In this document: positions 9,546-20,634 of the stretch, piece after piece | How positions within the stretch are numbered: position 1 is the first letter of the stretch | How the letters are laid out: each line of letters starts with the position of its first letter | Sequence record: SRR22947727_4385 | DNA: 53,713 nt | Reading direction: 5' to 3' (one strand) | Program-made: the position numbers and the translations under genes | Notes under the pieces: generated by a model | Databases searched by the model: none | What the model was told of the DNA's origin: nothing | The model's input: only the letters and a program-made list of their open reading frames with translations

Positions 9546-10595
9546 CTAGGCGCTACGGCGGCGACCTTGTAACCGATGTTGATGAGCGCCCCAAACCTCG
9601 ACAAAGCGCTCGATATCTTCTTGTTTATTCTGCGGCCCCAAACTCACTCGAAGCGCGCAGGCTGCTTGCTCAGCTGAAAACCCCATGGCTTGCAAAACCC
9701 GGCTGCGTTTTACTTTTCCGCTCGAACAGGCAGAGCCTGCAGAGACTGAAAACCCCGCCAAATCCATTTGCATCACTTGGGTTTCTCCGCGCCAACCCTC
9801 CGAAATCATGTAACTCGTATTGGGCAATCTGCGACCACCCTGACCTACAAAAATAGTCTCCGGAGCGGATTGTGCAACCGCCTTTTCTAGAATGTTTCTA
9901 AGTTTTTCAACTTGCTCCCAAACGCCATCGGCCAAGTCGCGCTGTGCGGCCTCGGCCGCGGCGCCAAAACCGGCGATTCCAATCACGTTTTCAGTGCCCG
10001 AACGGCGGCCCATTTCTTGCCCACCGCCTTTGATTTGCGCTGCGACCTCGGTTCCGCGCTTAACGATCAATGCGCCAACGCCTTTGGGCCCACCAATTTT
10101 ATGCGCAGAGACAAGCGCCATAGTGGCGCCGCTCCAGTGAAACGCAACGGGAAGTTTTCCAAACGCCTGCGTCATATCGCACAGCGCCAAACCATCGGGC
10201 AATTGCTGCAGAATGCCCGTTTCAGAATTTGCCAATTGCAGCGCCGTTGCCTCGGGCGCTTGGCAAGCCACCCCGCCATCTAAGCCGCAACTCAAATCGC
10301 TCTGACACCATGAGGACACGGCTTCATGCTCAATATCCGCGCAGCGAATGCCGCGTCCGGTCAGCGCCAATCCCGCCGCTTCAGTGGCGCCGGATGTAAA
10401 GATAACATCCGCGCCCTGCGCGCCCAGTGCCGCGGCAACCTGCTGGCGGGCTGTTTCCACTATAGCGCGCGCCTGACGCCCTTCAGCATGCACCGAAGAT
10501 GGGTTTCCCGCAAGCGCCATGGCGTGCACCATAGCCTCGCGCGCCGCTTCGCGCAGCGGTGCACTGGCGTTATAATCTAAGTAAACCCGGTTCAT
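9546..10595 (-). CDS. iscS: Cysteine desulfurase, IscS/NifS (group I) family
   Basis: [49 protein letters not shown]. Confidence 0.9.
   Translation of the reverse strand: MNRVYLDYNASAPLREAAREAMVHAMALAGNPSSVHAEGRQARAIVETARQQVAAALGAQGADVIFTSGATEAAGLALTGRGIRCADIEHEAVSSWCQSDLSCGLDGGVACQAPEATALQLANSETGILQQLPDGLALCDMTQAFGKLPVAFHWSGATMALVSAHKIGGPKGVGALIVKRGTEVAAQIKGGGQEMGRRSGTENVIGIAGFGAAAEAAQRDLADGVWEQVEKLRNILEKAVAQSAPETIFVGQGGRRLPNTSYMISEGWRGETQVMQMDLAGFSVSAGSACSSGKVKRSRVLQAMGFSAEQAACALRVSLGPQNKQEDIERFVEVWGAHQHRLQGRRRSA
9886..9902. promoter_or_regulatory. Putative intragenic ICE (Irr) box inside iscS
   Basis: CTTAGAA-ACA-TTCTAGA (minus strand) versus consensus TTTAGAA-N3-TTCTAAA; encoded with AGA and CTA codons. 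Confidence 0.5.
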
Positions 10596-11053
10596 TCCTC
10601 ATCAACCAATGACAAAAACGAAGGAATCGCCGGACATGGCATAAGATCATTCTCGATCACATCCGATAAACGGGTCTGGTGCAAAAATACGTATACATGC
10701 GCGCTTAACCCCTCCCACAGGCGGTTGGTTAGTGATTGCGCGCGGCTGCCAGAAAGCCCCCCAGTGGCGCCCGCGCCTTTATGCATGGCATCCAGCTTTT
10801 CATCGACCGCCGACAAAACATCAATAATCCGCATCTCATGGGGCGATTTGCCCAATTTGTAGCCACCGCCCGGCCCCCGAACAGATTGTACCAAACCAGA
10901 GCGCCTTAATTTTACAAACAGCTGCTCCAAATAAGCCAAAGAGATGTTCTGACGCTTGGAAATATCAGCCAATGTCACCAGCGCGTCCTGCGGTTGCAAG
11001 GCGATATCGGACAAAGCGACCATTGCATATCTGCCTTTCGTGCTGAGTTTCAT
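10592..11053 (-). CDS. iscR: Rrf2-family Fe-S regulator IscR (Rhodobacter type, single Cys)
   Basis: MKLSTKGRYA, YLEQLF.KLRR.GLV.SVRGPGGGY, heads the suf operon. Start set at ATG 11053. Confidence 0.93.
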   Translation of the reverse strand: MKLSTKGRYAMVALSDIALQPQDALVTLADISKRQNISLAYLEQLFVKLRRSGLVQSVRGPGGGYKLGKSPHEMRIIDVLSAVDEKLDAMHKGAGATGGLSGSRAQSLTNRLWEGLSAHVYVFLHQTRLSDVIENDLMPCPAIPSFLSLVDEE

Positions 11054-11129
11054 TGTTTCATCCCGCAAATTGATTGACCTGCATTGCTGCACAGACTATC
11101 TGCAACCCCAATCAAACGCCGCAGAGCAA

Positions 11130-11146
11130 TTTAGAATAGTTCTAAT
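11130..11146. promoter_or_regulatory. ICE box (Irr binding site) upstream of iscR-suf
   Basis: TTTAGAA-TAG-TTCTAAT, 13/14 match to TTTAGAA-N3-TTCTAAA. Confidence 0.8.
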
Positions 11147-11149
11147 ATG

Positions 11150-11168
11150 GTTGATATAAACTGTCAAC
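11150..11168. promoter_or_regulatory. Iron-Rhodo/IscR-type palindromic box
   Basis: GTTGA-TATAAACTG-TCAAC 19-bp dyad next to the ICE box in the iscR promoter region. Confidence 0.65.
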
Positions 11169-11203
11169 AATAAGCCGCCGGCGCCAAGGAGAGAAAAAAG
11201 CGT

Positions 11204-11857
11204 ATGCCTGAGGTAATTTTTCCCGGTCCTGAAGGTCGTCTTGAAGGCCGCTATCATCCGCAAAAAGATCGCGATGCGCCTATCGCCATCGTTTTACATC
11301 CGCATCCGCAATTTGGCGGTACGATGAACAATAAGGTCGTCTATAATTTGCATTACGCATTTTACAATATGGGTTTTACCGTTCTACGCTTTAATTTTCG
11401 GGGTGTCGGGCGCAGCCAAGGCGAGTATGATCAAGGCGTTGGTGAATTAAGCGATGCGGCCGCGGCGCTCGATTACCTTCAATCGATGAATAACAACTCA
11501 AAACATTGTTGGGTTGCAGGGTTTAGCTTTGGCGCATGGATTGGCATGCAATTGTTAATGCGCCGCCCCGAAATTACCGGTTTCATTTCCGCCTCCCCCC
11601 CCGCCAACATGTACGATTTCTCATTTTTGGCGCCCTGCCCGTCTTCTGGTTTGATCATCAATGGCACCGAAGATCGGATTGCCCCGCCCGCCGACACGGT
11701 TGGGCTGGTTGAAAAACTGCATGAACAAAAAGGCATTACCATCACGCATACGGAACTTGAGGGATCAGGGCATTTCTTTGAGGACCGGCACATGGATGAC
11801 ATGATCGGCCACGTCTCGTCATATGTGAAGCGCCGTCTCACAGAGACGAGCCGTTAG
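11204..11857 (+). CDS. Alpha/beta hydrolase divergent from iscR
   Basis: HPHPQFGGTMNN, RFNFRGVGRS, GFSFG nucleophile elbow, GTED, GHFF. Confidence 0.92.
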   Translation: MPEVIFPGPEGRLEGRYHPQKDRDAPIAIVLHPHPQFGGTMNNKVVYNLHYAFYNMGFTVLRFNFRGVGRSQGEYDQGVGELSDAAAALDYLQSMNNNSKHCWVAGFSFGAWIGMQLLMRRPEITGFISASPPANMYDFSFLAPCPSSGLIINGTEDRIAPPADTVGLVEKLHEQKGITITHTELEGSGHFFEDRHMDDMIGHVSSYVKRRLTETSR

Positions 11858-11904
11858 CACATTACTCCAAAACGGCCCAACGCATGGCAGGATGCTCAGG
11901 GCGC

Positions 11905-14900
11905 TTAAGGTTTTGGGCTGTCCACGGGCTTGGGCTTGGCTTTCGCCGCTAAATCTTTTGCAATAGCAAAAGAGCCCTTGATCTTATCACTGATTTTTGT
12001 CCAATCGCGCCGCACAACCAATTTGTTATCTTTAATCTTTGCCAAACCGCGTTGATCTTGAATGAACTCAACAAGGCCTTCAGGGGCGGCAAATTTATTA
12101 TTGTGAAATTGCAAAACAGCGCCTTTTGGGCCCCCATCCAGCTTGGCGATACCCGCGCGTTTGCACATTGCCTTTATCCGCACAACCAATAACAGCGTAT
12201 TGACCTCGCGGGGCAAGGCGCCGAACCGATCGATGAGTTCGGCGGCAAAACCTTCCAACTCCACTTTCGTGCTAAGCCCAGAAAGCCGGCGATACAGCCC
12301 GAGCCGCACATCGAGATCCGGGACAAAACTCTCTGGTATCAGCACCGAAACGCCCAAATTGATTTGCGGGGCCCATTGATCATCACCGTCAGACAAGCCC
12401 TCTAATTGGCCCGATTTGATCTTTGAAATCGCCTCTTCAAGCATATTTTGATAGAGCTCATAGCCCACATCGCGCATTTGTCCGGATTGCTCTTCCCCCA
12501 GTAGATTGCCCGCGCCGCGGATATCCAAATCCTGCGAGGCCAAAGTAAACCCCGCCCCTAAAGAATCTAATGAGCCCAACACCCGCAGGCGTTTGCTGGC
12601 CGTGTTGGTTAATTTAACCCGGGGCTTGGTGGTCAAAAACGCATAAGCGCGGGTTTTAGAACGCCCAACTCGACCGCGAATTTGGTAAAGCTGGGCCAGA
12701 CCAAACATATCCGCGCGATGCACAACCATGGTATTCGCGCTTGGAATATCCAAGCCCGATTCAACGATCGTTGTGGCGAGCAAAATATCATATTGGCGAT
12801 CATAAAACGCATTCATGCGCCGATCCAGCTCACCTGCAGCCATTTGACCATGCGCAACCACATAGGTCAGCTCGGGTAACTGTTCTTGCAAAAAGGCCTC
12901 GATTTCGGGCAAGTCGCTGACCCTGGGCACCACGTAAAAGGACTGACCACCGCGATAATGTTCCCGCAAAAATCCTTCGCGAATGGTCACGGCATCAAAT
13001 TCACTGACATAGGTGCGAATGGCCAAGCGATCCACGGGCGGCGTGCCGATGATCGACAGATCGCGCACCCCAGAAAGGGACAATTGCAACGTACGCGGGA
13101 TCGGCGTGGCGGTCAGAGTTAAAACATGAATGTCAGAACGCATCTGCTTCAGCCGTTCTTTATGCTGCACCCCAAAATGTTGTTCTTCGTCAATAATCAG
13201 TAGCCCTAAATTCTGGAATTTGATCGATTTGGCGAGCAATGCATGCGTGCCCACAACAATATCAACGGTTCCGTCGCTAATACCATCGCGCGTGGCTTGC
13301 GCCTCTTTGTTCGAAACAAATCGCGATAATTGGCGTACGTGTAATGGAAAGCCGCGAAACCGCTCGGCAAAGCTTTGCGCGTGTTGACGCGCCAGCAACG
13401 TGGTAGGCGCGATCACGGCGACTTGCGTGCCTGACATCGCGGCAACAAAGGCCGCCCGCAAAGCCACTTCGGTTTTGCCAAACCCCACATCTCCGCAAAT
13501 CAACCGATCCATGGGCGCGCCCGATGTTAAATCATCTACGACATCTCCGATTGCCATCAGCTGGTCGTCGGTTTCCTGATAGGGAAAGCGCGCACAAAAC
13601 GCATCCCAACTGCCGGGCGGCGGTTCTAAAATCGGCGCTTTTCGCAAAGCCCGTTCGGCAGCAACGCGTATCAACCGATCAGCCATATCGCGAATACGTT
13701 GCTTGAGCTTGGCCTTTTTGGCCTGCCAGGCCCCCCCACCCAATTTATCCAAAAGGCCTTCGTCATGGCCATATTTACTAAGCAATTCAATATTTTCAAC
13801 GGGCAGATAGAGACGCGCGCTTTCCGCATATTCCAACACCAGACATTCATGCGCCGCCCCCGCCGCCGTCACCAATTCAAGCCCGTGATAGCGACCGATC
13901 CCATGATCGACATGCACCACCAAATCACCCGCAGATAAGCTTTGCGTCTCGGTCAAAAAATTTTCAGCTTTGCGGCGCTTTTTAGCGCTGCGCACCAAAC
14001 GGTCCCCCAAAATATCTTGTTCGGAAATGACCGTGAAATCGGAGGTTTCAAAGCCATGTTCAAGCCCCCAAACCGTGACGTAAAGCCCCGCATCGCCAAT
14101 TTGCGCCCGGGTGTTTATTTTTATAGGATCGCCAAACCCTTCATCGCTGACCAATCCACTTAAGCGTTCACAAGAGCCGTCGGAATAGCTTGCTAAAATC
14201 ACGGGGCCAATCGCTGATTTTTTCTGAATATGCTGACATAATGTATTGAAAAGGCTTACCGTTTCCTGTTGGCGCTCTGGCGCAAAATTACGCCCCATAC
14301 GCCCTTGCGCGTCAATCACACCCGGCCCGCTGGCCTGCGCCAAAGGATGCAATTTTAACACTTTATGCCCGTTTAAACTGGCCGCCCACGCCGCGTCATC
14401 TAAATACAGCGCCGTTGGCGTGACCGGTTTGTAAACGGAATCCAAGCGTTGCTTGGCCTGCATCGCCAATTTACGCGTTTCATATTGGTCCTCAATACCT
14501 TCCCAACGCGCCAGTCGCGCGGGCTCCAATTGGTCATCAAAGCTCACGCAAACCTCTGGGAGGTAATCGAACAGGCTTTCCAAATGCGCGTGAAAAAACG
14601 GCAACCAATGTTCAAACCCTTGAACCTTTTGGCCTGCACTTATCGATTCATACAACGGATCATCGCTGCGGGCTGCCCCGAATTCGCTACGGTAATTTTG
14701 ACGAAACCGGGTGATTGCCGCCTCATCCAAAATCACTTCCGATACGGGCGATAATTCAATCTCAGATAATGTTTCAGTTGTGCGTTGACTGACCGGGTCA
14801 AACCGACGCGCCCCATCCAATACATCCCCGAACAAATCCAAACGAATTGGGCCCAAATCACCCGGAGGATAAATATCGATAATCCCACCGCGAATGGCGT

Positions 14901-15360
14901 AATCTCCGGGCTCCAACACCGTAGGCGCCTTAGAAAAACCCATACGAACCAAAAAAGAACGCAGCGCCTCTTCATCGATTGGCCGGCCGACCTCGGCCCG
15001 AAATGCCGCATCGCGCAACACCTGGCGCGCCGGTAAGCGCTGCATCGCCGCATTCAGCGTGGTAAGCAAGATGAATTGTTTGGGCATGCCATGCACAAGC
15101 CCGGCCAATGTGGCCATCCGACGGGCTGAAATATCCGCATTCGGCGATACCCGGTCATAGGGCAAACAATCCCAAGCGGGAAACTCTATCACGGGCATGT
15201 CTGGTGCAAAAAACCGCACCGCTTCGGCAAAGGCCGCCAACCTCTTATCATCCCGCGCAATATGCATAAGAGGGCGCCCATCTCGCTGCATTTGGCGCAA
15301 AATAATATCTGCGTCAAACCCCTCTGGTACGCCCCCAATTGTTACGGTGTTGGCCATCAT
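11905..15360 (-). CDS. mfd: Transcription-repair coupling factor Mfd
   Basis: FPAWDCLPYDRVSP, GDLVVHVDHGIG, CGDVGFGKTE, DEEQHFG, TATPIPRTL, QIRGRVGRS, DLDIRGAGNLLG, C-terminal TRCF domain. Confidence 0.98.
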   Translation of the reverse strand: MMANTVTIGGVPEGFDADIILRQMQRDGRPLMHIARDDKRLAAFAEAVRFFAPDMPVIEFPAWDCLPYDRVSPNADISARRMATLAGLVHGMPKQFILLTTLNAAMQRLPARQVLRDAAFRAEVGRPIDEEALRSFLVRMGFSKAPTVLEPGDYAIRGGIIDIYPPGDLGPIRLDLFGDVLDGARRFDPVSQRTTETLSEIELSPVSEVILDEAAITRFRQNYRSEFGAARSDDPLYESISAGQKVQGFEHWLPFFHAHLESLFDYLPEVCVSFDDQLEPARLARWEGIEDQYETRKLAMQAKQRLDSVYKPVTPTALYLDDAAWAASLNGHKVLKLHPLAQASGPGVIDAQGRMGRNFAPERQQETVSLFNTLCQHIQKKSAIGPVILASYSDGSCERLSGLVSDEGFGDPIKINTRAQIGDAGLYVTVWGLEHGFETSDFTVISEQDILGDRLVRSAKKRRKAENFLTETQSLSAGDLVVHVDHGIGRYHGLELVTAAGAAHECLVLEYAESARLYLPVENIELLSKYGHDEGLLDKLGGGAWQAKKAKLKQRIRDMADRLIRVAAERALRKAPILEPPPGSWDAFCARFPYQETDDQLMAIGDVVDDLTSGAPMDRLICGDVGFGKTEVALRAAFVAAMSGTQVAVIAPTTLLARQHAQSFAERFRGFPLHVRQLSRFVSNKEAQATRDGISDGTVDIVVGTHALLAKSIKFQNLGLLIIDEEQHFGVQHKERLKQMRSDIHVLTLTATPIPRTLQLSLSGVRDLSIIGTPPVDRLAIRTYVSEFDAVTIREGFLREHYRGGQSFYVVPRVSDLPEIEAFLQEQLPELTYVVAHGQMAAGELDRRMNAFYDRQYDILLATTIVESGLDIPSANTMVVHRADMFGLAQLYQIRGRVGRSKTRAYAFLTTKPRVKLTNTASKRLRVLGSLDSLGAGFTLASQDLDIRGAGNLLGEEQSGQMRDVGYELYQNMLEEAISKIKSGQLEGLSDGDDQWAPQINLGVSVLIPESFVPDLDVRLGLYRRLSGLSTKVELEGFAAELIDRFGALPREVNTLLLVVRIKAMCKRAGIAKLDGGPKGAVLQFHNNKFAAPEGLVEFIQDQRGLAKIKDNKLVVRRDWTKISDKIKGSFAIAKDLAAKAKPKPVDSPKP

Positions 15361-15400
15361 TCAAACCTTGTTGCGCAAAAAGTAAACCATCCGGCTTTTT

Positions 15401-15913
15401 TCATAGGACCAGCTTATTTATATTGAAAATCATCCCCCAGAACGCCGTCAGAAAAAGCGTGAGCACGCCGATACAAAACGTCCAAAACCGGATCCATCGG
15501 AGTTTTATGTAGACCTGCGCGAAATCGGGCTGGGCGCCGGTAATACTGCGGGCAAAGCGCAAGCGCAAGAGCAAGACGGGCCAAAGCGGCACCACCAAAA
15601 GGAATAAAGCCTGCAGCGCCTCATTGCTATATCCAAAGGCTACCACCGCCCAAAACCCCACCGCGAATCCAGCCCCCAAGGCCAAGCCCAAGCGCACAGC
15701 AGCAATCGCGGGGGGGGCCACACGCTGCGCCTGGGCAAACAGCCGAACTAAAGCTTCCTCTTGCGCCTCCGCATCAGCCTTTGACGCGCGCTGTAAATCG
15801 GAAAAAGGAACGCCCAGGATATATTGGCTGGTCACCGCCCAAACAAGCATAAGGATAACCCAGAACCAAACGCTGGTAAAAGCCGTAAAATCAAGGTTAT
15901 CAATGAGTAGCAC
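15401..15913 (-). CDS. Conserved Rhodobacteraceae membrane protein of unknown function
   Basis: FTSVWFW..W...SQYILGVPF motif, about 4 TM helices, upstream of mfd. Start uncertain (GTG 15913 chosen). Confidence 0.65.
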   Translation of the reverse strand: MLLIDNLDFTAFTSVWFWVILMLVWAVTSQYILGVPFSDLQRASKADAEAQEEALVRLFAQAQRVAPPAIAAVRLGLALGAGFAVGFWAVVAFGYSNEALQALFLLVVPLWPVLLLRLRFARSITGAQPDFAQVYIKLRWIRFWTFCIGVLTLFLTAFWGMIFNINKLVL

Positions 15914-15942
15914 GATAATTTTCTCTGGGTTACGGCGAATAA

Positions 15943-17040
<1,098 letters not shown>

Positions 17041-17121
17041 GCGAAATCTAGGATGACAAACTGCGTAAGACAGGCTAGAGACTGAGGCAAACCGGTACCA
17101 CTATAAATCGAGCAAAATGAA

Positions 17122-17721
17122 ATGAACAAGCTGACCTCAAAATTACGTCTCTTTGCAAGCCTTTCTGCCGCAGTCGTTATGTTAAACGGCTGCACGGCGG
17201 CGCTTGTTGATACCGAGGCTTTAAAGGCAGAAGCCGAATATTTAAAAGAAGATGCCACCAAAATTGACGCCAGAGTAGACGCCACGCTCGAGCAGCTTTA
17301 TCAAACCCATCCCCATACGCAAGACTTAAGCCAACGCGCCGCGGGTATGTTGGTCATGCCGCTGATAACCGAGGCCAGTTTTGGCTTTGGCGGCTCTTAC
17401 GGGCGCGGGGCACTGCGCGCGAAAGGAGAGACTGTCGAATATTATTCTATGGCCTCCGCCGGCTATGGCTGGCAGTTCGGCGCGCAACAATATGCGCATG
17501 CGTTGTTTTTCATGAGCTCGAAAGCGTTAGACGATTTTCGCAATTCCGACGGTTGGACCGTAGGCGGCGATATTGATTATGCGTTTCAGGGCGATGGTGA
17601 GTCGCTCCGGCTTGACACCACCACGCTGAATGCCCCCGTGATCGCGGTGGTTTTTGGCCAAGCCGGTCTGAAATTCGGAGTCAGCCTAGAAGGGGCAAAA
17701 TACACGCGCATTCTGCCCTAA
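17122..17721 (+). CDS. Ysc84/SYLF lipid-binding domain lipoprotein
   Basis: Signal peptide with LNGC lipobox, GFGGSYGRGAL, G.QFGAQQY, GW.VGGD, GVSLEGAKY. Confidence 0.8.
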   Translation: MNKLTSKLRLFASLSAAVVMLNGCTAALVDTEALKAEAEYLKEDATKIDARVDATLEQLYQTHPHTQDLSQRAAGMLVMPLITEASFGFGGSYGRGALRAKGETVEYYSMASAGYGWQFGAQQYAHALFFMSSKALDDFRNSDGWTVGGDIDYAFQGDGESLRLDTTTLNAPVIAVVFGQAGLKFGVSLEGAKYTRILP

Positions 17722-17770
17722 ATCTTGCAGAAATTACCGTCTTTGACCGAATGAAACAGCCTCTGCCATT

Positions 17771-17818
17771 GCGCAGTATATGGTTGTTCTGCTAAGGTTA
17801 AATCACAAGATTTAGATT
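17771..17818 (+). promoter_or_regulatory. Putative tandem NrdR-like boxes upstream of gyrA
   Basis: gcgcagtatatggttg (17771-17786) and tcacaagatttagatt (17803-17818) resemble acaCwAtATaTwGtgt and are 32 bp apart. Confidence 0.45.
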
Positions 17819-17841
17819 AGGCATCGAAAAGAGCAGTTTAT

Positions 17842-20586
17842 TTGACCGACACGCCAGAAACCCCCGAAGCCACCGAAGAAACGCCCCCGCAACGCGCTGT
17901 CTATGACGGGCCCAGCGTTTCGATCGCGGAGGAAATGAAAACCGCGTATCTTGACTACGCGATGAGCGTGATCGTCAGCCGCGCGATCCCGGATCTGCGC
18001 GATGGATTAAAGCCGGTGCATCGCCGGATTTTATACGCCATGCATGAAACCGGCAATACGCATGATAAATCCTATCGCAAATCAGCCCGCCCCGTGGGGG
18101 ACGTCATGGGTAAATATCACCCGCATGGCGACAGCGCGATTTACGATGCTTTGGTGCGCATGGCGCAAGATTTCTCAATGTCGCTGCCGCTGCTGGATGG
18201 TCAGGGCAATTTTGGCTCTATGGACGGAGATAATGCCGCAGCAATGCGCTATACCGAAGTGCGCATGGACAAGCCGGCCTCATTCTTATTGGCCGATATC
18301 GATAAGGATACGGTCAATTTTCAAGATAATTACGATGGCAAAGACCGCGAGCCAACCGTGCTTCCAGCCCGATTTCCTAATATGCTGGTCAATGGCGCGG
18401 GGGGCATTGCCGTTGGCATGGCAACCAACATCCCGCCGCATAACTTGGGCGAAGTGATTGATGCCACTTTGGCTTTGATCGAGAATCCCGACCTCACCAG
18501 CGAAGAATTAATGGGTTATGTACCGGGGCCCGATTTTCCGACCGGCGGCATCATGCTTGGCCGTTCGGGCGCGCGCAAAGCGTATTTAGAGGGGCGCGGC
18601 AGCGTTATTATCCGTTCGAAAACCCGCGTCGAAGAAATTCGAAAAGACCGATTTGCCATCATCATTGATGAAATTCCTTATCAAGTAAACAAAGCCGCGA
18701 TGATTGAAAAAATCGCAGAACAGGTGCGCGAAAAGAAACTCGAAGGCATCTCGCATGTGCAGGATGAAAGCGACCGGGTCGGGGTTCGGGTTGTGATCGA
18801 ATTGAAACGCGATGCAACCGCAGAGGTTGTTTTGAACCAACTATTCCGCTTCACCCCGATGCAAACCTATTTTGGCTGCAATATGTTGGCCTTAAACGGG
18901 GGGCGGCCGGAACAATTGACGCTGCGATCGTTCTTAACCAATTTCATCGCCTTTCGCGAAGATGTTGTGGCGCGCAGAACCGCGTTTGAGCTGCGCAAAG
19001 CGCGCGAACGCAGCCATATTCTATGCGGGCTGGCCGCGGCCGTTTCAAACGTTGATGAAGTTGTAGCGACCATTCGCAGCTCGGTTGACGCCGCCGATGC
19101 GCGCGCCAAATTGATGACGCGGGCATGGCCGGCAGAAGAGATACTTGAATATATTAAACTAATCGATGATCCGACCCATCCTGTGAATGCAGATGGCACC
19201 TATCATTTATCAGAGGTACAAGCCCGCGCGATCCTTGAATTGCGCCTTCAACGCCTGACCCAAATCGGGGTAAAAGAAGTAACCGATGAATTGCAAGAAT
19301 TGGCGGGAAAAATCCGCGAATATCTAGAAATTCTAGGCTCGCGTGACCGTATTATGGCGATCATCACGGATGAGCTAAACAGCGTGAAAGAGCAATTTGC
19401 GGTTCCGCGCCGTACAGAGATTATCGAATGGTCCGGGGATCTGGATGACGAGGATCTGATTGAGCGCGAAGATATGGTGGTGACGATCACCTCGGGGGGC
19501 TATATCAAACGCACCCCATTGGTGGATTTTCGCGCCCAGCGTCGCGGCGGCAAAGGCCTGTCAGGCATGCAAACCAAAGATGAAGATTTGGTCACCTCGC
19601 TCTTCGTGGCAAATACCCATACCCAATTGTTGTTTTTTACGACCGATGGCATGGCCTATAAGCTGAAAACCTGGCGCCTGCCCCAAGGCGGGCGTACCTC
19701 AAAGGGCAAGGCTGTAGTGAATATTCTGCCCATTCCAACCGGAGTTTCGATCGCTGCAATCATGCCGGTTGATATCCCCGAAGAGGAATGGGAAAACGTG
19801 CAAATCATTTTTGCGACATCGGCCGGCGATGTGCGCCGCAATGCGTTGTCTGATTTCACCAATGTCCGCGCCAATGGTAAGATTGCCATGGATCTGCCAG
19901 AGAATGTAGAGCTGGTAAACGCGCGCATCGCAACTCAAGACGATGATGTGATGTTGGTCACCAAATCAGGCCGGGCGATCCGCTTTTCAACCAACGCGGT
20001 GCGGGTTTTCAAGGGGCGCAAATCCACCGGTGTGCGCGGCGTGCGCCTCACCGGTGATGATTGCGTTGTCTCAATGTCGATCCTACGCCATTTTGAAGCC
20101 AGCTCAGATGAGCGCGCCGCCTATCTCAAGATGCGCCGCGCCGTCGCGGGAATGGTTGATGACGAAGGGGCTGGCACTGAGGATGAAGAGGTCAGCGCCA
20201 ATGCAACAATAAGCCCAGAACGCTATGCCGAAATGTCAGCCGCCGAGAACCTGATCTTAACGATCAGCAGTCGCGGCTCCGGAAAACTGTCCTCTAGCCA
20301 TGATTATCCCGTCCGTGGCAGAGGCGGCATGGGCGTTGCTGCAATGGATAAAGCGATGCGGGGCGGCGATTTGGTTGCCAGCTTCCCGGTCGATTTGGAA
20401 GATCAGATCATGCTGGCCACCTCAAAAGGCCAATCCATCCGGGTGCCCATTGAAGGTATTTCTTTCCGCTCGCGCAGCGCCGGCGGCGTGAAAGTTTTCA
20501 ACACAGGCAACAACGAAGAAGTTGTTTCCGTCGCCCGGATCGTCGAACAGTCGGAGGACGAAGAAGCCCCGGAAGGCGAGGCTTAA
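17842..20586 (+). CDS. gyrA: DNA gyrase subunit A
   Basis: [33 protein letters not shown] catalytic Tyr, GyrA-box QRRGGKG; TTG start. Confidence 0.98.
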   Translation: MTDTPETPEATEETPPQRAVYDGPSVSIAEEMKTAYLDYAMSVIVSRAIPDLRDGLKPVHRRILYAMHETGNTHDKSYRKSARPVGDVMGKYHPHGDSAIYDALVRMAQDFSMSLPLLDGQGNFGSMDGDNAAAMRYTEVRMDKPASFLLADIDKDTVNFQDNYDGKDREPTVLPARFPNMLVNGAGGIAVGMATNIPPHNLGEVIDATLALIENPDLTSEELMGYVPGPDFPTGGIMLGRSGARKAYLEGRGSVIIRSKTRVEEIRKDRFAIIIDEIPYQVNKAAMIEKIAEQVREKKLEGISHVQDESDRVGVRVVIELKRDATAEVVLNQLFRFTPMQTYFGCNMLALNGGRPEQLTLRSFLTNFIAFREDVVARRTAFELRKARERSHILCGLAAAVSNVDEVVATIRSSVDAADARAKLMTRAWPAEEILEYIKLIDDPTHPVNADGTYHLSEVQARAILELRLQRLTQIGVKEVTDELQELAGKIREYLEILGSRDRIMAIITDELNSVKEQFAVPRRTEIIEWSGDLDDEDLIEREDMVVTITSGGYIKRTPLVDFRAQRRGGKGLSGMQTKDEDLVTSLFVANTHTQLLFFTTDGMAYKLKTWRLPQGGRTSKGKAVVNILPIPTGVSIAAIMPVDIPEEEWENVQIIFATSAGDVRRNALSDFTNVRANGKIAMDLPENVELVNARIATQDDDVMLVTKSGRAIRFSTNAVRVFKGRKSTGVRGVRLTGDDCVVSMSILRHFEASSDERAAYLKMRRAVAGMVDDEGAGTEDEEVSANATISPERYAEMSAAENLILTISSRGSGKLSSSHDYPVRGRGGMGVAAMDKAMRGGDLVASFPVDLEDQIMLATSKGQSIRVPIEGISFRSRSAGGVKVFNTGNNEEVVSVARIVEQSEDEEAPEGEA

Positions 20587-20634
20587 ATTCTAAACCCGCA
20601 AAGCGGCCAAGCCTAGAAAATGATTTGCACCTAT

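Noticed and set aside
18110-18150. Quinolone-resistance substitution in the GyrA QRDR
   Set aside because: [10 protein letters not shown] retains Ser and Asp at the positions equivalent to E. coli 83 and 87.
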